Shown: positions 26,195-38,500 of the stretch, in pieces | How positions within the stretch are numbered: position 1 is the first letter of the stretch | How the letters are laid out: each line of letters opens with the position of its first letter | Origin: Lingula anatina | Lineage: Eukaryota > Animalia > Brachiopoda | DNA: 64,000 bases | Direction of reading: 5' to 3' | Assembly: GCA_051362555.1 (NCBI GenBank) | Contig: CM120642.1 | Location: 24,552,001-24,616,000 of the forward strand | Notes under the pieces: generated by a model | Databases searched by the model: none | What the model was told of the DNA's origin: nothing | The model's input: only the letters and a program-made list of their open reading frames with translations | Made by a program: the position numbers and the translations under genes

Positions 26195-26709
26195 TTTGGT
26201 ATGTGCCTGAGTGAGGTGTAACTGGACGAAACTAGTATTATATATAACTGTATATAGTAGTAAACATTAATAAAATGGGCACTGTCAGATCAATGATTAT
26301 AAAATCCACCGGAGATTAATAATTTAGGAACACCATTAAGAACAAAAAGCCTAGTGAACTGTGGGGCAATTAAAATTAGAAAAGATGAAGGAAATCGACA
26401 TCGACCATTGTTTTCAGTAAAATTCAATAATATTTTCATGGAACTTCCTTTGATATATTACAGTATACATATATGATGTTTTGGCTAAAAAGCTGTTGTA
26501 ATATTCTTGTGGCGATCAAGTAAAAGAATCATATTCAAAATAAAAACGCGACACCAGAACAATATTAATGATTTTTTTGCAATGTTTCTTCAGTAATCCA
26601 AAATGAAATATGTCTGCCTTCTTCTGTTAACTTGCAATATAGGATGTGTCTTTTAAGAAATTAAAATTTCTACCAAGATTAGAGTCTGAAAATATTCCCA
26701 TCACCTCAG

Positions 26710-26852
26710 TCTATCCGCTTCGCCGTGGTGGAAGCCGTATTTATTTCTTATTGCCACGATAATTGGAACACAACATTGTTGTTTGCTTCAAACACACAGG
26801 GATTACTTGCTTCCCTAAAATGCTGGTCATGTTCGAAACTGGGCGAGATCCG

Positions 26853-26897
<45 letters not shown>

Positions 26898-27300
26898 TTT
26901 TTATTATTATTTTTTCGACAATTTTGTCTTTGTAGACTCTGTATTATCCAAATGTTATCTCTGTTTAAGCTGAAACCTGGTGGTATTACTTGTGTTTCTT
27001 GTTGGTCAAGTTAATGTGGTTCCCATTAGTCCTTATATTTTTTCGATATTTTTTCTGTATAATGTGAGGTCTTATATTCCCAAATCTAGACGACTACGCC
27101 CATAGTAACTTTTGCACTTTTAAAAATCCCTATTAAAAAAGGAAATCATTTATGGCAAATCAAAATGTGACCTCGACTTTAAACCTAGATCTCCTGTACC
27201 TTTTATGGTGAAATGCCCTGTTTTTAAGTATTTTACTCCTTAATTTCTCTTGATCAAAAAGACTGACACACCTCCTATTCTTTGTCAGGATTCTTGTTTA
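26710..27300 (-). mobile_element. Possible degraded HINE/MITE-like interspersed repeat containing an (ATT)n microsatellite
   Basis: (ATT)n at 26853-26892. The minus strand begins aaacaagaatcc (~27300), like the AACAAG start of the element at 46818. Boundaries uncertain. Confidence 0.35.
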
Positions 27301-28968
27301 AACTGATATAGGATGTCTGTACATACAGATGTTTTACAGATTAAGAGAACTTTGGAAACGAAGAAGCTCGGGCCACTTATGTCCCTATTTTTCATTAGAG
27401 TTTATCATGCTTAAAATAATTTATGTACGTGAATTTAATGTATGGTGGTGGGTGGAATCTGGAGAGAGAGGGGAGCGGGATTTTACAAATAAAAGCATGT
27501 AATTCATTCTCTCGTTCTGTGTTTTTCAAGGGAAAGCTCTAGAGAGAACAATCTGCCGCATATGTTGCCCTAACCTGGTTTCATGGGCATATTTGTACAT
27601 ATACATATATCATGCTGATCAAAACCGTTAACGTCAAATGTTTCCTGACAAAATAGATAAGCAATATCACATTCATGATTGGTCTCTTTTTCTAGGAGCT
27701 TCACTAATTAAAAAAGAAAAAAGTTTTTCATCTCCACACCATCGGTTTATGGTGTTAAAATCCCTGGATATGACAGTAAATGTGGAATAATGATAACATA
27801 AAAAAATCATAAAAACGAATTTCCGCATTACTTTCTTCCTGCTTTTATTTTGTAAATACCTATTATCCTGCGATAATGACTGAAAATGCTTGAAGCGTGC
27901 AGTGTGATAAATTCATTTCCCACAGCTGTAAGATTATTTAAATCAACATTCACTTATGTGCTATTTAATCCAAATCATCACCCTGTGAGGCTCGCCAAAC
28001 ATAGGAATTAATCACGTCATACGACCGCTAATAACTAGCAACAAAAGAGTTTTAAAAAGAGGAAATATAATCAATAGAAACTTATGTAGACTTATTGAAA
28101 AGAAATTTTTTAATGAATAAATCCACAGCATGCATGGCTGTATTGTCTAGCTTCTCAGTTGTTTAAATTGATGATTGATAAAGTGATGATATAAGTACTG
28201 AGCGTACAAGTTGCTGTTTCCTCTGTCACCCTAGTCTCAACTGATATTAAGTCAGCAGCAACTTCTGAACGATTCATGCTTCTCAATGATGGCCAACCAA
28301 AACATATGAGTTTCTGCGTCATTATCAGCCTCAATGCGGGATCCATGATTTTTAATTCTGAAAACTCGTGTCACTTACGCGTTTTACAAGAAATATTCCA
28401 AAGACTTCTTGTGTAAAGCAAATATTTACTTTGAAAAAAAAATTCCGCATTTTATTTTTCATGTGAAAACGTAAGTAATTTAAATGATTAATTTCTTTGT
28501 ATTTCATAAGAGAATTTTATACAATAAACGTAGGCTTACTTGAACAATAATTCCCATCCATCCAATTGAATGTCGCCCTGACTTCTTCGGGAGTTGGTGA
28601 GGTAAATTAAAGTATTTTGCAATAGACCTTTATAATTCATAAACACATATATTATATAATGTAATGTATACATAAAAAAAATTTGTGGAATACATGATAA
28701 TTCTGATCCTTCGTTCAGTAGTTATTGTGTCTTTTGACTTGTAGGGGCCTATTCAAAACCAGTATTCAAAAGGCAATATCAGATTACCTGGTAGTTTATC
28801 AGATTCGCATTCGCATTAAACAGCTTATAGGCCTTTCATGAGACTCTAATAAAGACGCTGCTCTGAAAGATGTCTGCAGTAAGCGAAAGCCATGGCACAG
28901 TATTGCATTCTTTTTTAATCAATAATCAACAATAATAAAGTATCCAAGATGCAACTGTGTCCATATAT

Positions 28969-30491
28969 TCATGTCGCCAATCTCCATGTCAGCATTCCAA
29001 GAAGTATGTGGTCGAGCAGACGGTAGAGTCGCCGCGCATGCGTAGCAGTGGAATTCAGGAACAAAGCTTCCTTTCCTGAATACCTCATGATGTTCAAGGA
29101 CTGGTCGTTGCAGCCGTCCCAATCACAACACAATCGACAGTCAAAAGCCTAAAGACGTAAATCAGTTTAAGAAATTTAGTATTGTAAGATGAATTGCGCA
29201 ACAAATAACGCAGTGAAAATCAGGGTGGATACATTTATTCGTCTCGGTAGTCCGAAGGTTCATTGGTCCGAAGGTTCATTGGTCCGAAAAAAATCACATT
29301 TTCATCGTTTTTTTTTTAATCAAGGGTTCATTGGTCCGAAGGTTCTATAGTGAACATTCGGACCAATGAACCTTCGGACTATTGAACCTTCGGACTATTG
29401 CTACGGCCCCCATTTATCCCATCACCTTGCACTGCATTACCACGAACAAGCACAATTCTTCTCGAAGGAAGTAGGCCTAAATAAAATTTTTCATAAAATG
29501 AGACGAAGATAATTGCTTTGGTTATTAATGTTGCTGTGCAATAGTAGGTAGCCGGCATAACGTTCATCGCACTTAATCGAGCTTGACAAAATATTTCCGT
29601 CAGTAGCTTAGGCCTACATGCACTGGGGTAGGACCTACTCAAAATGTGATCACCGAGCTGATGGTAGGCCTATGTCAACTTATTGTTTTGAAATATATGA
29701 AAATTTCTTCAGTGGCTGGTATATCAGAGATAAAGATAAATAATACGAACCTTCCTTCCTGAGTACAGTTCGTTTGTTTCTTGGCATATCAACGCGTTAA
29801 TAACGGTCCTCCCGTCCACGTCCTTTGGGCAGGAACGCAGGGTGCGACAAGTGCGTTTAAAGGCATATATAGTCCCTAGAAGATAAACAGAGTGACATTG
29901 TAACAGGACAAAGTGAGTCATCGGCTAAATTATTTATCACATTACTGTAATAATCACTTGAGAACTTAGCAGACATATTCAACGATGGAAACGAACAAAA
30001 GAAAAACAATTTACACTAAAACAACTTACCTGCTGTAATATCTTTAATATGTATCTCTAATATTCAATATCAAAAATGTTAAAAATCTCATCCTCTATCC
30101 CAAAGATCTCGTCCCTTCCTTGCAAACACACACGCACCCACACACGCGCGCGCGCGCGCACCAAACATAACCGTACGTTGAAATGTCATGTATGTAATAT
30201 AATTCAAAATTACTATATCTGTGTTACACCACCACTTTCTCAAGTAAAAATATCTTTTTGTTTTACTACCATAACCACCTCTCAATATAACAAATTATAA
30301 TGAACGAGCTTTACCATTATAGTAATCTCTGAATAGAAATGCCATACAGTAAGCTGGTCCGTCTTTTCTGCACTGGGAAAGAAGAGAGGTGTCTTGTGGC
30401 TCAGCCAGACAACTTTTACCGCCACTGCTGTAATCGCACATGTAACAACTGAGGGCAGAGGTACCCGACCAGAGGCTTAATAACGTGGCTA
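28969..30491 (-). CDS. Ly6/uPAR (three-finger, Quiver/Sleepless-like) protein, probably GPI-anchored; first coding exon not located
   Basis: Exons 30491-30315, 29875-29751 and 29148-28969 splice in frame. Translation: ATLLSLWSGTSA|LSCYMCDY...SC...C...YC...KRTC...C...C...CRLCCDWDGCN, then a moderately hydrophobic tail. LxCyxC start and CCxxxxCN end are LU-domain hallmarks. Confidence 0.82.
29241..29409. mobile_element. Small fold-back MITE with 15-bp internal repeats in the Ly6 gene intron
   Basis: (gtccgaaggttcatt-g) direct repeats on the left and their inverse (aatgaaccttcggac) on the right. Flanked by catttatt / catttatc, a possible TSD. Confidence 0.65.
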
Positions 30492-31716
30492 CTGAAAAGA
30501 GAAACAATATTTAGTGAAATAATCATTTGATATTGGTGAAAAATGATTTATGCTAAACTACGAGTTAGCTGTTTCTTTTGTGAAAAGATGCAACGCCGGG
30601 AAATGTAGTCAACATGACTCGATTGCGATATACAGTGTGTTTGTTGTGTTATAGATAATGAACGACTAAATGCGGCTTTACGTTATCTGCAGATCGATTC
30701 TTTTCCTTATGGCTAGTTTAATAACCAGAAAACAGATACTCGAGTACACTTTATGTTGACAATATTTTCTTGGTCAGAATCAAGTGAAGTCAACGTTGGT
30801 ACCTAATGGGACAAACTAGTCATTGCACCTCACCAAACAATCTGATCTGCATGCACAAATCCCTGGTTATTGGCAATTTTGAAGAAACTTGGACTGTAAA
30901 TGGTATATTAGGCCTATATAAACCGAAATAACAGCAGAATTCATTGGCGACCGCATGTAACTGAAGTGGGTCCAACTGGTCCAAGTCAAAGGAGCAAATG
31001 AGCGATGAAACGGGTGATATTAGCTGGTAAATTGCTCAGCACGCGTATAGAATTCAGAATTCACAGGTGATACATTGCTGTTTATGGAGACCTTAGCTTA
31101 ATCAGGTGACCCGCGGAGAAAGGCTGTACCCAAAAGGGTCGACTTTTCTTCAATGTAAACGCGTCTTCAGACCCCAAACTGCCGTACAGTACATGCACTG
31201 ACTCACAACCATGATTTCATGTGCCAATGATCATTTTCATAACCAATGGCACTTGGCTCATTTCAGTATGTTATTCAAAGTTTCCCCTCTGAATATGGGG
31301 CACGGGTTGCTCTTTATGACCACATTTATACCCGCATCATGTGTGTCAGGCGTGACTCATTGACTGAGGACACCATGTGCCAACATTATCTAATTACAGC
31401 CTCAAGAAATTCGTAGCACTGTCAGACGGACATAATAAGTATAACAAACACATGTATATCGCGCCCGGTCACGTAGAATCATTAGGCACGCATCGAAATG
31501 TTTTATGGAAACACTAGTTTACTATCGGGTGCACATAGTTGTTGGACGTCCCATGAGATTTCTTATTTTCGATGCATTATGTGCTGAATATTAATCTCGC
31601 CATAATGTTCAAATACCACAAGCATTGCAGATACGTTAAGAGTAGCCATATATTTATAGCTTATAAAATGTTTTAATTTTCTCAGTCATTACTGTTCATT
31701 ATGCTGTTCATTATGC

Positions 31717-31805
31717 AAAAAAAAAAAAAGAAAGAAAAGAAAGAAAAAAGAAAGAAAGAAGAGAAAAGATAAGAAAAAGAAAGAAAAAAAAAATAAAGAA
31801 AAAAC
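31717..31805. repeat. Polypurine A/AAAG low-complexity tract
   Basis: aaaagaaagaaaagaaagaaaaaag... visible. Confidence 0.85.
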
Positions 31806-32817
31806 ATGTGGCCACAACCCATTATTACAGCATGGGTGCGTTTCACAGTAGAATCGATATGCATACTTAGTGATACAACTGCATACACTTGGACGAATTT
31901 TTATTTACCTGAGCAAATAGTCCTGTTAGGCAATTTATAAGCCAACGCCAAAGTCTACAGAGTTGGAATTCTGATCGATTAGATAAATAGGCCTACAGTA
32001 CTGGAATAACTGTGTCCAAACGACAGCATTCACCTTTGGATCTGTGTGTCATCATTATTAATGATAAATGCCACTGTTCTATTCATTTATGTGAACCAGC
32101 CGTTTTGATATAATATTTGATGACATATGTCGAGGTTTTAATTCCATTCCTCGTATTTTTACGCCAACTTTTCTATTCAAATGCGTGAACCTGCCATATT
32201 GATATAACATTTGCTGGTATTTGTGAATGCTATTATGTAATTGTCACCTTCCGTGAAATGATGACACATTGGCATTGCTTTCGTTTTTTATGTGGAAAGA
32301 AATAGTATGTTGCCTTTTAGGTGGTTCAATGTAAGCCATTTATGGTCCTATACCTTTCACCAAGTTAAACGATGTTGGGTACCTTGAAAGTATCATTTGA
32401 AGAAAGCTTACATAAGTTTATTATCCTAAAGACAAGCAAACGTACAAATACAAATAAAGACTTGGTATTCTGGTTATTTCAACGTTTGTGCCATAAGCAT
32501 TTTATCCTCAACCTTGAACGATACCTTCCTTAAATGGTACTTGCTTTGAAAGGTGCCTACTTTCACATAAAACATCAGAGTAGGTCAGAGTTTTACAAGA
32601 TTAAAGACCTTGCAGTATTCGAGACATATCACGAACAACAGTAAAGATCAAAAGTCAGAACAGTTAAAACAAAAGTCCAATCTCTTAACTCTGAAGAATT
32701 ACGAATTCTGGCACTAGTCCAAAGAGTCCAGAATATTGTTTCAATCGGTTAATAGCGTGTTTTCGTGGGTTAAAGAATATAATATAATATTTATCCGAAA
32801 TTTTGAAATTGTTAATA

Positions 32818-34201
32818 CACACACTGGACAAAAGAAGTGTCACCCCCTAAATCAGAGTAATGAAAGTAGGCAGATCTTGGGTACTTATATTCCCTGGTCT
32901 ACTTATAATGTGACTAATGAGTATAAAAATGCTATACCATGGAATTGTATTGTTGGTCTTGTACATGTACAGCAAATGTTATTCCTGTCTTCCTCCAGTA
33001 TGGCAAGATACAGGTAATTATCTAACGGTTATAGGTGCAAGTTATTAACCTGAAGAGGCGGAATATAAGCAATGTCAGAATATCGATACAATTGAATTGT
33101 TCAGTCAGAACCGTGCAGAGGGTCTGGTCTCGGTATAGAAACACTGGATCAAGAGACAAATTGCCTCTGATGGGTCGTCCAAGAAAAAATACTGGCCGTG
33201 AAGACCGACGACTGATTTTGATGTCCAGGTTGTCAAAGTTCGACACTGCTTGTCACTTGACAACACAGTGGAACAATTTCACACAAGAATGTGTCTGTGA
33301 AAATTGCTAGGCGTCGGTTACATGCTCAGAGAGTGTACAGCAGGGTAGCAAGACTGAAACCTCTTATATCGTTACAAAACAGGCAACGTAGAGTAAACTA
33401 GGGTCAACAGGATCTGGAACTGGACAGTTCATGACAATTGGTCCTATATATTTTTTCTGATGAGTGTCGCTTTGGTCTGACCTCTGATGACAGACGGGTA
33501 CTATGCTGGCAAACTGCTGGTAAAGCATTTGAACCACATGCACTGAATTTTCGAACCCGGAGCAGCATATTCATCATGGTGTGGGGCTGCATCAGCATCC
33601 ATGGCTTGGGCGAATTGATAGTGGTTAATTGAAACATGAATCACTAGCAAAATATAGATGTTTTGGAGTCAGGCTTGCTACCATCTATTACTAACATGTT
33701 TGGTGAAAGAAATTATCCATCTGTTCACCAGAATGACAATGCTCCTTGTCACAGGCCCAGAGCAGTTGATGATTGGTTTGACCAACAGGACATTCGCAGG
33801 GTGATGTGGCCTGCCCAGAGTCCGGATACAAACATAATAGAAAATGTGTGGAATGATATGTCAAAACTTTTTACAAATGCCCGTCTAACCAGCAGAGAAA
33901 CTCTGTTATATTCAGTGTTTCATGCTTGGGCCAGCATAAGCCCTGAATGCATCAGACAATTAAATGAATCCTTGCTTCGTAGACTGGCACCTATTATTAG
34001 GTCACGTGGCTATGCCACTAAGTACTAATTTTGGACTTGAAACTACATATTTTGGTAGAATGTATATTTTGTTCTCATTTTGTGATTTTTTGTGAAATTT
34101 GATGTTAATAAAATGGTACCAGGAGCATATCATTCCACAGTCATTTATCTCCCCCATAGTATTGGCTCAGTAGGGGTGACACTTCTTTTGTCCAGTGTGT
34201 G
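32818..34201 (+). mobile_element. Full-length but inactivated Tc1/mariner transposon
   Basis: TA TSD at 32816-17 and 34202-03. About 29-bp TIR cacacactggacaaaagaagtgtcacccc. Transposase remnants at ~33000-34028: HTH SVRTVQRV, GRPRK, IFSDE, MVWGCIS, DNAPCH, WPAQSPDTNIIENVW, RGYATKY. Several stops and frameshifts. Confidence 0.93.
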
Positions 34202-34645
34202 TAGTACCACATGTAGTTTCAAATGTAAACGGCCAAAACTGACTATCAAAAACATCAACGATTCTCTTTAGGCGTAATATGATATAAGACTTGTTTAATG
34301 TCTCAGCAAACAGATAAATAAAAAATTAAATCTTTTTAAACATCGGGGCCCAACAAAATACAAAATGTGTAGCATATTGACGCTCAAACTGAGGATGACA
34401 GTCAGGACAAAAAAAGCAGCAACACTCCTCAACGTCGTCGTCATCATCATCCTGCGCCCTTAGACGGAATGGGAGCAGGAGCAGCAACACGTTAAGACCA
34501 GAGTTGTTTCTCTCTCAATATTGAAAGGAACTCACTTGTTTGCAAACCAGTATTATTACTGATGGTGCCATAGTAAGTTACATTTGCCTCTGTTAGCCTT
34601 TCCCTCAGGTGGTGTCCAAAATAGGAGTCTGAAGACTCAACACTT

Positions 34646-35571
34646 CTGGGCTCGGAATCTCGAAAGGTTCGCTATGTTGCGCACACGCTCTAGCATGGCT
34701 AGCGTGCGCTATCCCGTATCTCGAAAGCTTCGCAAATCCCGGCCGTGCGCTAATGTCCAAATCGCCATTAGTTTCGAGGCTATTATTTGCGGCGATACAA
34801 ACTAGTCGCAAAGGCCTCTGCGTATGCAAAATTCGTCATTTTAATGTGTCTTTCATGTAATTAAACATGGTGGCAAGTTTGGGTTGCTAGTCATAATAGC
34901 ATATAATAAAACATATAACAAAAACATGGAAGCTTTTAATTGATTGAATCACTGGTACCTCTGATAGAAAAACTTGCGGTAAATATTCACGTGAAGAATG
35001 CCAAAGTCATATTTTATTATGCAGAAAAATTTCAAAATTAAACATTTCATACATCATTTTATATTTTCTGGTGAATTTCATTCATCTGTGTAGTCTATTG
35101 ATAATAATAATAAATTTAAAAGTGTCATTTTCCACACAAAATGAAAAAGCAGAAACAAAGCATTCGGCCGCACCGTGACCTTCCTCAATGTCTATTATTG
35201 TGAGACTGAACACTACTCACCATTGTGTCAGTAATTGTGTCAGTCCAAGCTTCGCTTATTGAATTGTTTTTTGACATTTTATTGGTGTCAAATACTTCAA
35301 ATATCAGTATTTGTAATTATGATATTCCTATAAATAAAAACAACCTCTTGATTTGCGTCATGGTGAAAAAAATTGCATTTTGTGTAATTGTGTTATGACG
35401 TCTTCACTTTATGCGGCAATCGAATATTAGTAGAGTTTGAGGTTATAATTGCGTTGCGTCTGCTAAGGCTTCGAGATAGCAGGTGGGTGCAATCGCACTA
35501 GCAAATAGCGCACGCTAGCTATGCTATAGCGCGTGCGCAACATAGCGAACCTTTCGAGATTCCGAGCCCTG
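34646..35571. mobile_element. Non-autonomous TIR element (hAT-like CAGGG termini), ~925 bp
   Basis: About 65-bp near-perfect TIRs: gggctcggaatctcgaaaggttcgctatgttgcgcac...gctagcgtgcgctat / atagcgcacgctagc...gtgcgcaacatagcgaacctttcgagattccgagccctg. AT-rich interior. TSD degenerate. Confidence 0.8.
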
Positions 35572-38500
35572 GACACGCTTAATTACAGAGCATTACCCCA
35601 CAGCACGTTTGCTTCACACACTCTTATCAGCTCCTTTGAGGAAATCTAATCAATTAAATATAAATCCGTTTCGGTCAAGTGACTCGAGGGAGCCTGTGAA
35701 AATATTCCACTTGCTAAGAGCTTGTAGGGCCTATGCTTAATGCATGCAAACACAAAAACAGAAAATCAATTGATTTTAACACAAGTATACAAACTGGTCG
35801 ATTCTTATTGCTTTACAAAAGTAACAGCGTAGATAATTATGCATCAATACGCGTACCTTATGTATAAAGTATCATTTTTGGAATGCGTTTGAGTGTGTTT
35901 CTTCATATTCGACAGTACGTGCGTAACTCAAAGCGCATAATGTCAATTTAAAAATAATTTACTGTTGTCGAAATTTTTGCTTCTTTGTAACCAAAGAAAC
36001 AGCTTTGCATGACTTCAATGTCAATTCAACTTGAGGCGGATTTGTTCCAATTTCTTACACTGTCCCAACTTTGCCGTTTGCTTTTGCCTTCATCAGGTTC
36101 ATCTAAAACGTTCCGCTATCAAATCCCCGTTTGCTGTATGAGGTAAAGCATCTCGACATAAAAATCAAAATACTCTAACACGAGGTTCTGCTCAGTTAGC
36201 TATGCCAGTATGTATACTTCAGATCCAGGCCTTTTTATTGTTTACTGCTTTTATTTATACTACTATATCTTTCAATCCAGGAAACCAAATTACTCATCGG
36301 TTAATGTATTTGTTCTTTTTACTGGTGCATAAAATATAGGCTGGTGTTTTATGTATTTCACGTTTATTTACATAACGTATAAGGGCGAGAGATGATAATT
36401 GAATTATTGGCGGGACGACCAAAATTCAAAGATTGGTTTGGAAACCTGGTTTGGATGCTGTTTTTTTTTAATTAACAACGTAAATTGTACTATGGGTTTC
36501 AGATAAAAAGTAAAGAAAGCACGCCCAGCATCCGTATCATCAAGAGTTTTAGTAACAACTTACTTTTTTGTCTTTAAACGAAGTAAACTATTCCGCTACT
36601 GTTTTTAATTTAAAAAGTAAATAACATACGCAAAAATCTCAGTGATTGCTACACTCCTTAAATTAATATCTAGTATTCAAATATATCAGCAATATTTAAC
36701 AAATAAGTATATTATGAACTCTTTATGGTTCAGTGTAAACAATATCTTTGGACAATTAAAAATTGAAATTAAAATATATAGATATTGACAAATATGACGA
36801 TGTAATGTGCCGCCTTCGGTGATATTACTGTCTTTCCAATTCTATTTTGATATGAGAAATAAATTGAAATATTAAAAGCACATGTACAAGGTTCATTAAA
36901 AATGTGGTAGCTTTTCATATTCAAAACTCTTATGCCCAAACTATCGACTCACCTGCAACTAAATTTCCAACCAAAAAATCCATTATCTCGTCTACCGGTG
37001 CCTATCTTTTCTTCTTCTCATCTCCACACATCGAGTTGGAAAATCGCCCCACCATCTCTATTAGCAGATGCACTTATCTCTGGTTAAACCTACTTGAACT
37101 AACCGTTATATTTCTAGCCCCAACAGCTCGCGGCGTTCAATAAAATCTAATAGATTTTTCATGTTGATACACGGATTTTTCAGGGCGAGCGGCGACTGGC
37201 ATAAGGAATCGGTAACAGCGGTAAGCTCCCATGCTTAGGGCTTCTGATCTAATACAAATGTTAAGAACTCAAGCGATCAGATTTAGGGTCAGTGCAACCG
37301 CTGTGCTTTCCACCATGTGGATGTATTATCGACGGAGCAAGTGCAATAGAAAGTAATTTGCAGACTCGGATGACGAGTGTTTTCTCTAGTTATCGACTGC
37401 CAAACATCCTCAAAGTCGGACTAAGCCGTCAAAACCATGGGCTGCATCTTTTTTTCATTATATATATATATATTTTTTTTTTTTGAAAATAACCTTGCGA
37501 TTCTTAATTCTTGCGATTCTTAATTCTTTTTTTGGTTACCAAAAGCTTAAACATATTTTAGATTATCCCCCAAGAAAGATTTCCAAATCTTTGCGAACAG
37601 TCTGTTACATTGTTAATTTTCTGAGTGTTTTATCTACGTGTAGGCCAGGGCACAAAATTTTATCTGGCAGTTGTCCAGCAAACTCGTGAGGAATTTCTAT
37701 TATTCTTCTTTTCTCTTTTGTGTGATGACAACACATTGGTTACTAATGAGAAGCTTCTTGGTTTTGCCTTGAAGATCGATGTACGTCTACCTGTTACCTG
37801 AATATTATTCTGTTTCTCTACTCATTTCCATGATAACTATTATCTAGAAAAAACACGTTTTCCTTGCTTTTGCATGCCCCATACTATTTTCTTTGAAAAT
37901 AACACAAAAGGTTACAAGATCGTTAGCTCTCCTAAGAAAATGGGTTAACTTTCGTTCGATCGTATCTCTGTCATTCCCTTTTCCTTTTTTTCTTTGTGCA
38001 TGTCTGTTCTTGGCGTTAGATATACCCAGGCTATTATAAGGGGTTCGTTTTTTGTAGCTGGTAAATCCGTTACAGTTATTAACTTTAGGACCCGATTAAT
38101 AACCTTACCTCGAGAGGTTAGTCACAGCTTCGGGTTTAATCAATATAAAGAGACAACAGACATAGCTATTCTCACAAACATACAAAAAGAGCTGCAAGCA
38201 TGTATTGTGGGTACGCTCACGCTGCAATTAATGGATTCGCTTGCTCATTGCGATATTTCAAATACTTCTAGGCCCCAGGATTGTCTACATTATCTTGCTT
38301 CTGATTATTCGTCTTATAAACCAGATTATGAACGATAAAAATGCACTTGAAACGGAGGGAAGTGGGGCTTAACAAAGGCGGACTGAAGCCGTCTTCTGGG
38401 TCTCCCGGAAGAGGGTCAGAAATTTTCCACTTTACATTGACAGGCATCTACTTTTTTCTGAGAGATAAATACTCATAAAAAAAAAGACGTGTAGTCGAGT

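Noticed and set aside
29241-29409. 15-bp repeats as CRISPR or operator array
   Set aside because: Repeats are contiguous and inverted about a centre, which fits MITE subterminal repeats.
31900-32030. Candidate first coding exon of the Ly6 gene at the donor near 31908
   Set aside because: No open ATG frame ending in the required phase 1; at most a non-coding exon.
37994-38338. 114-aa ORF in the intergenic region
   Set aside because: Non-ATG start in the track, no recognisable domain and no convincing in-frame splice partners.
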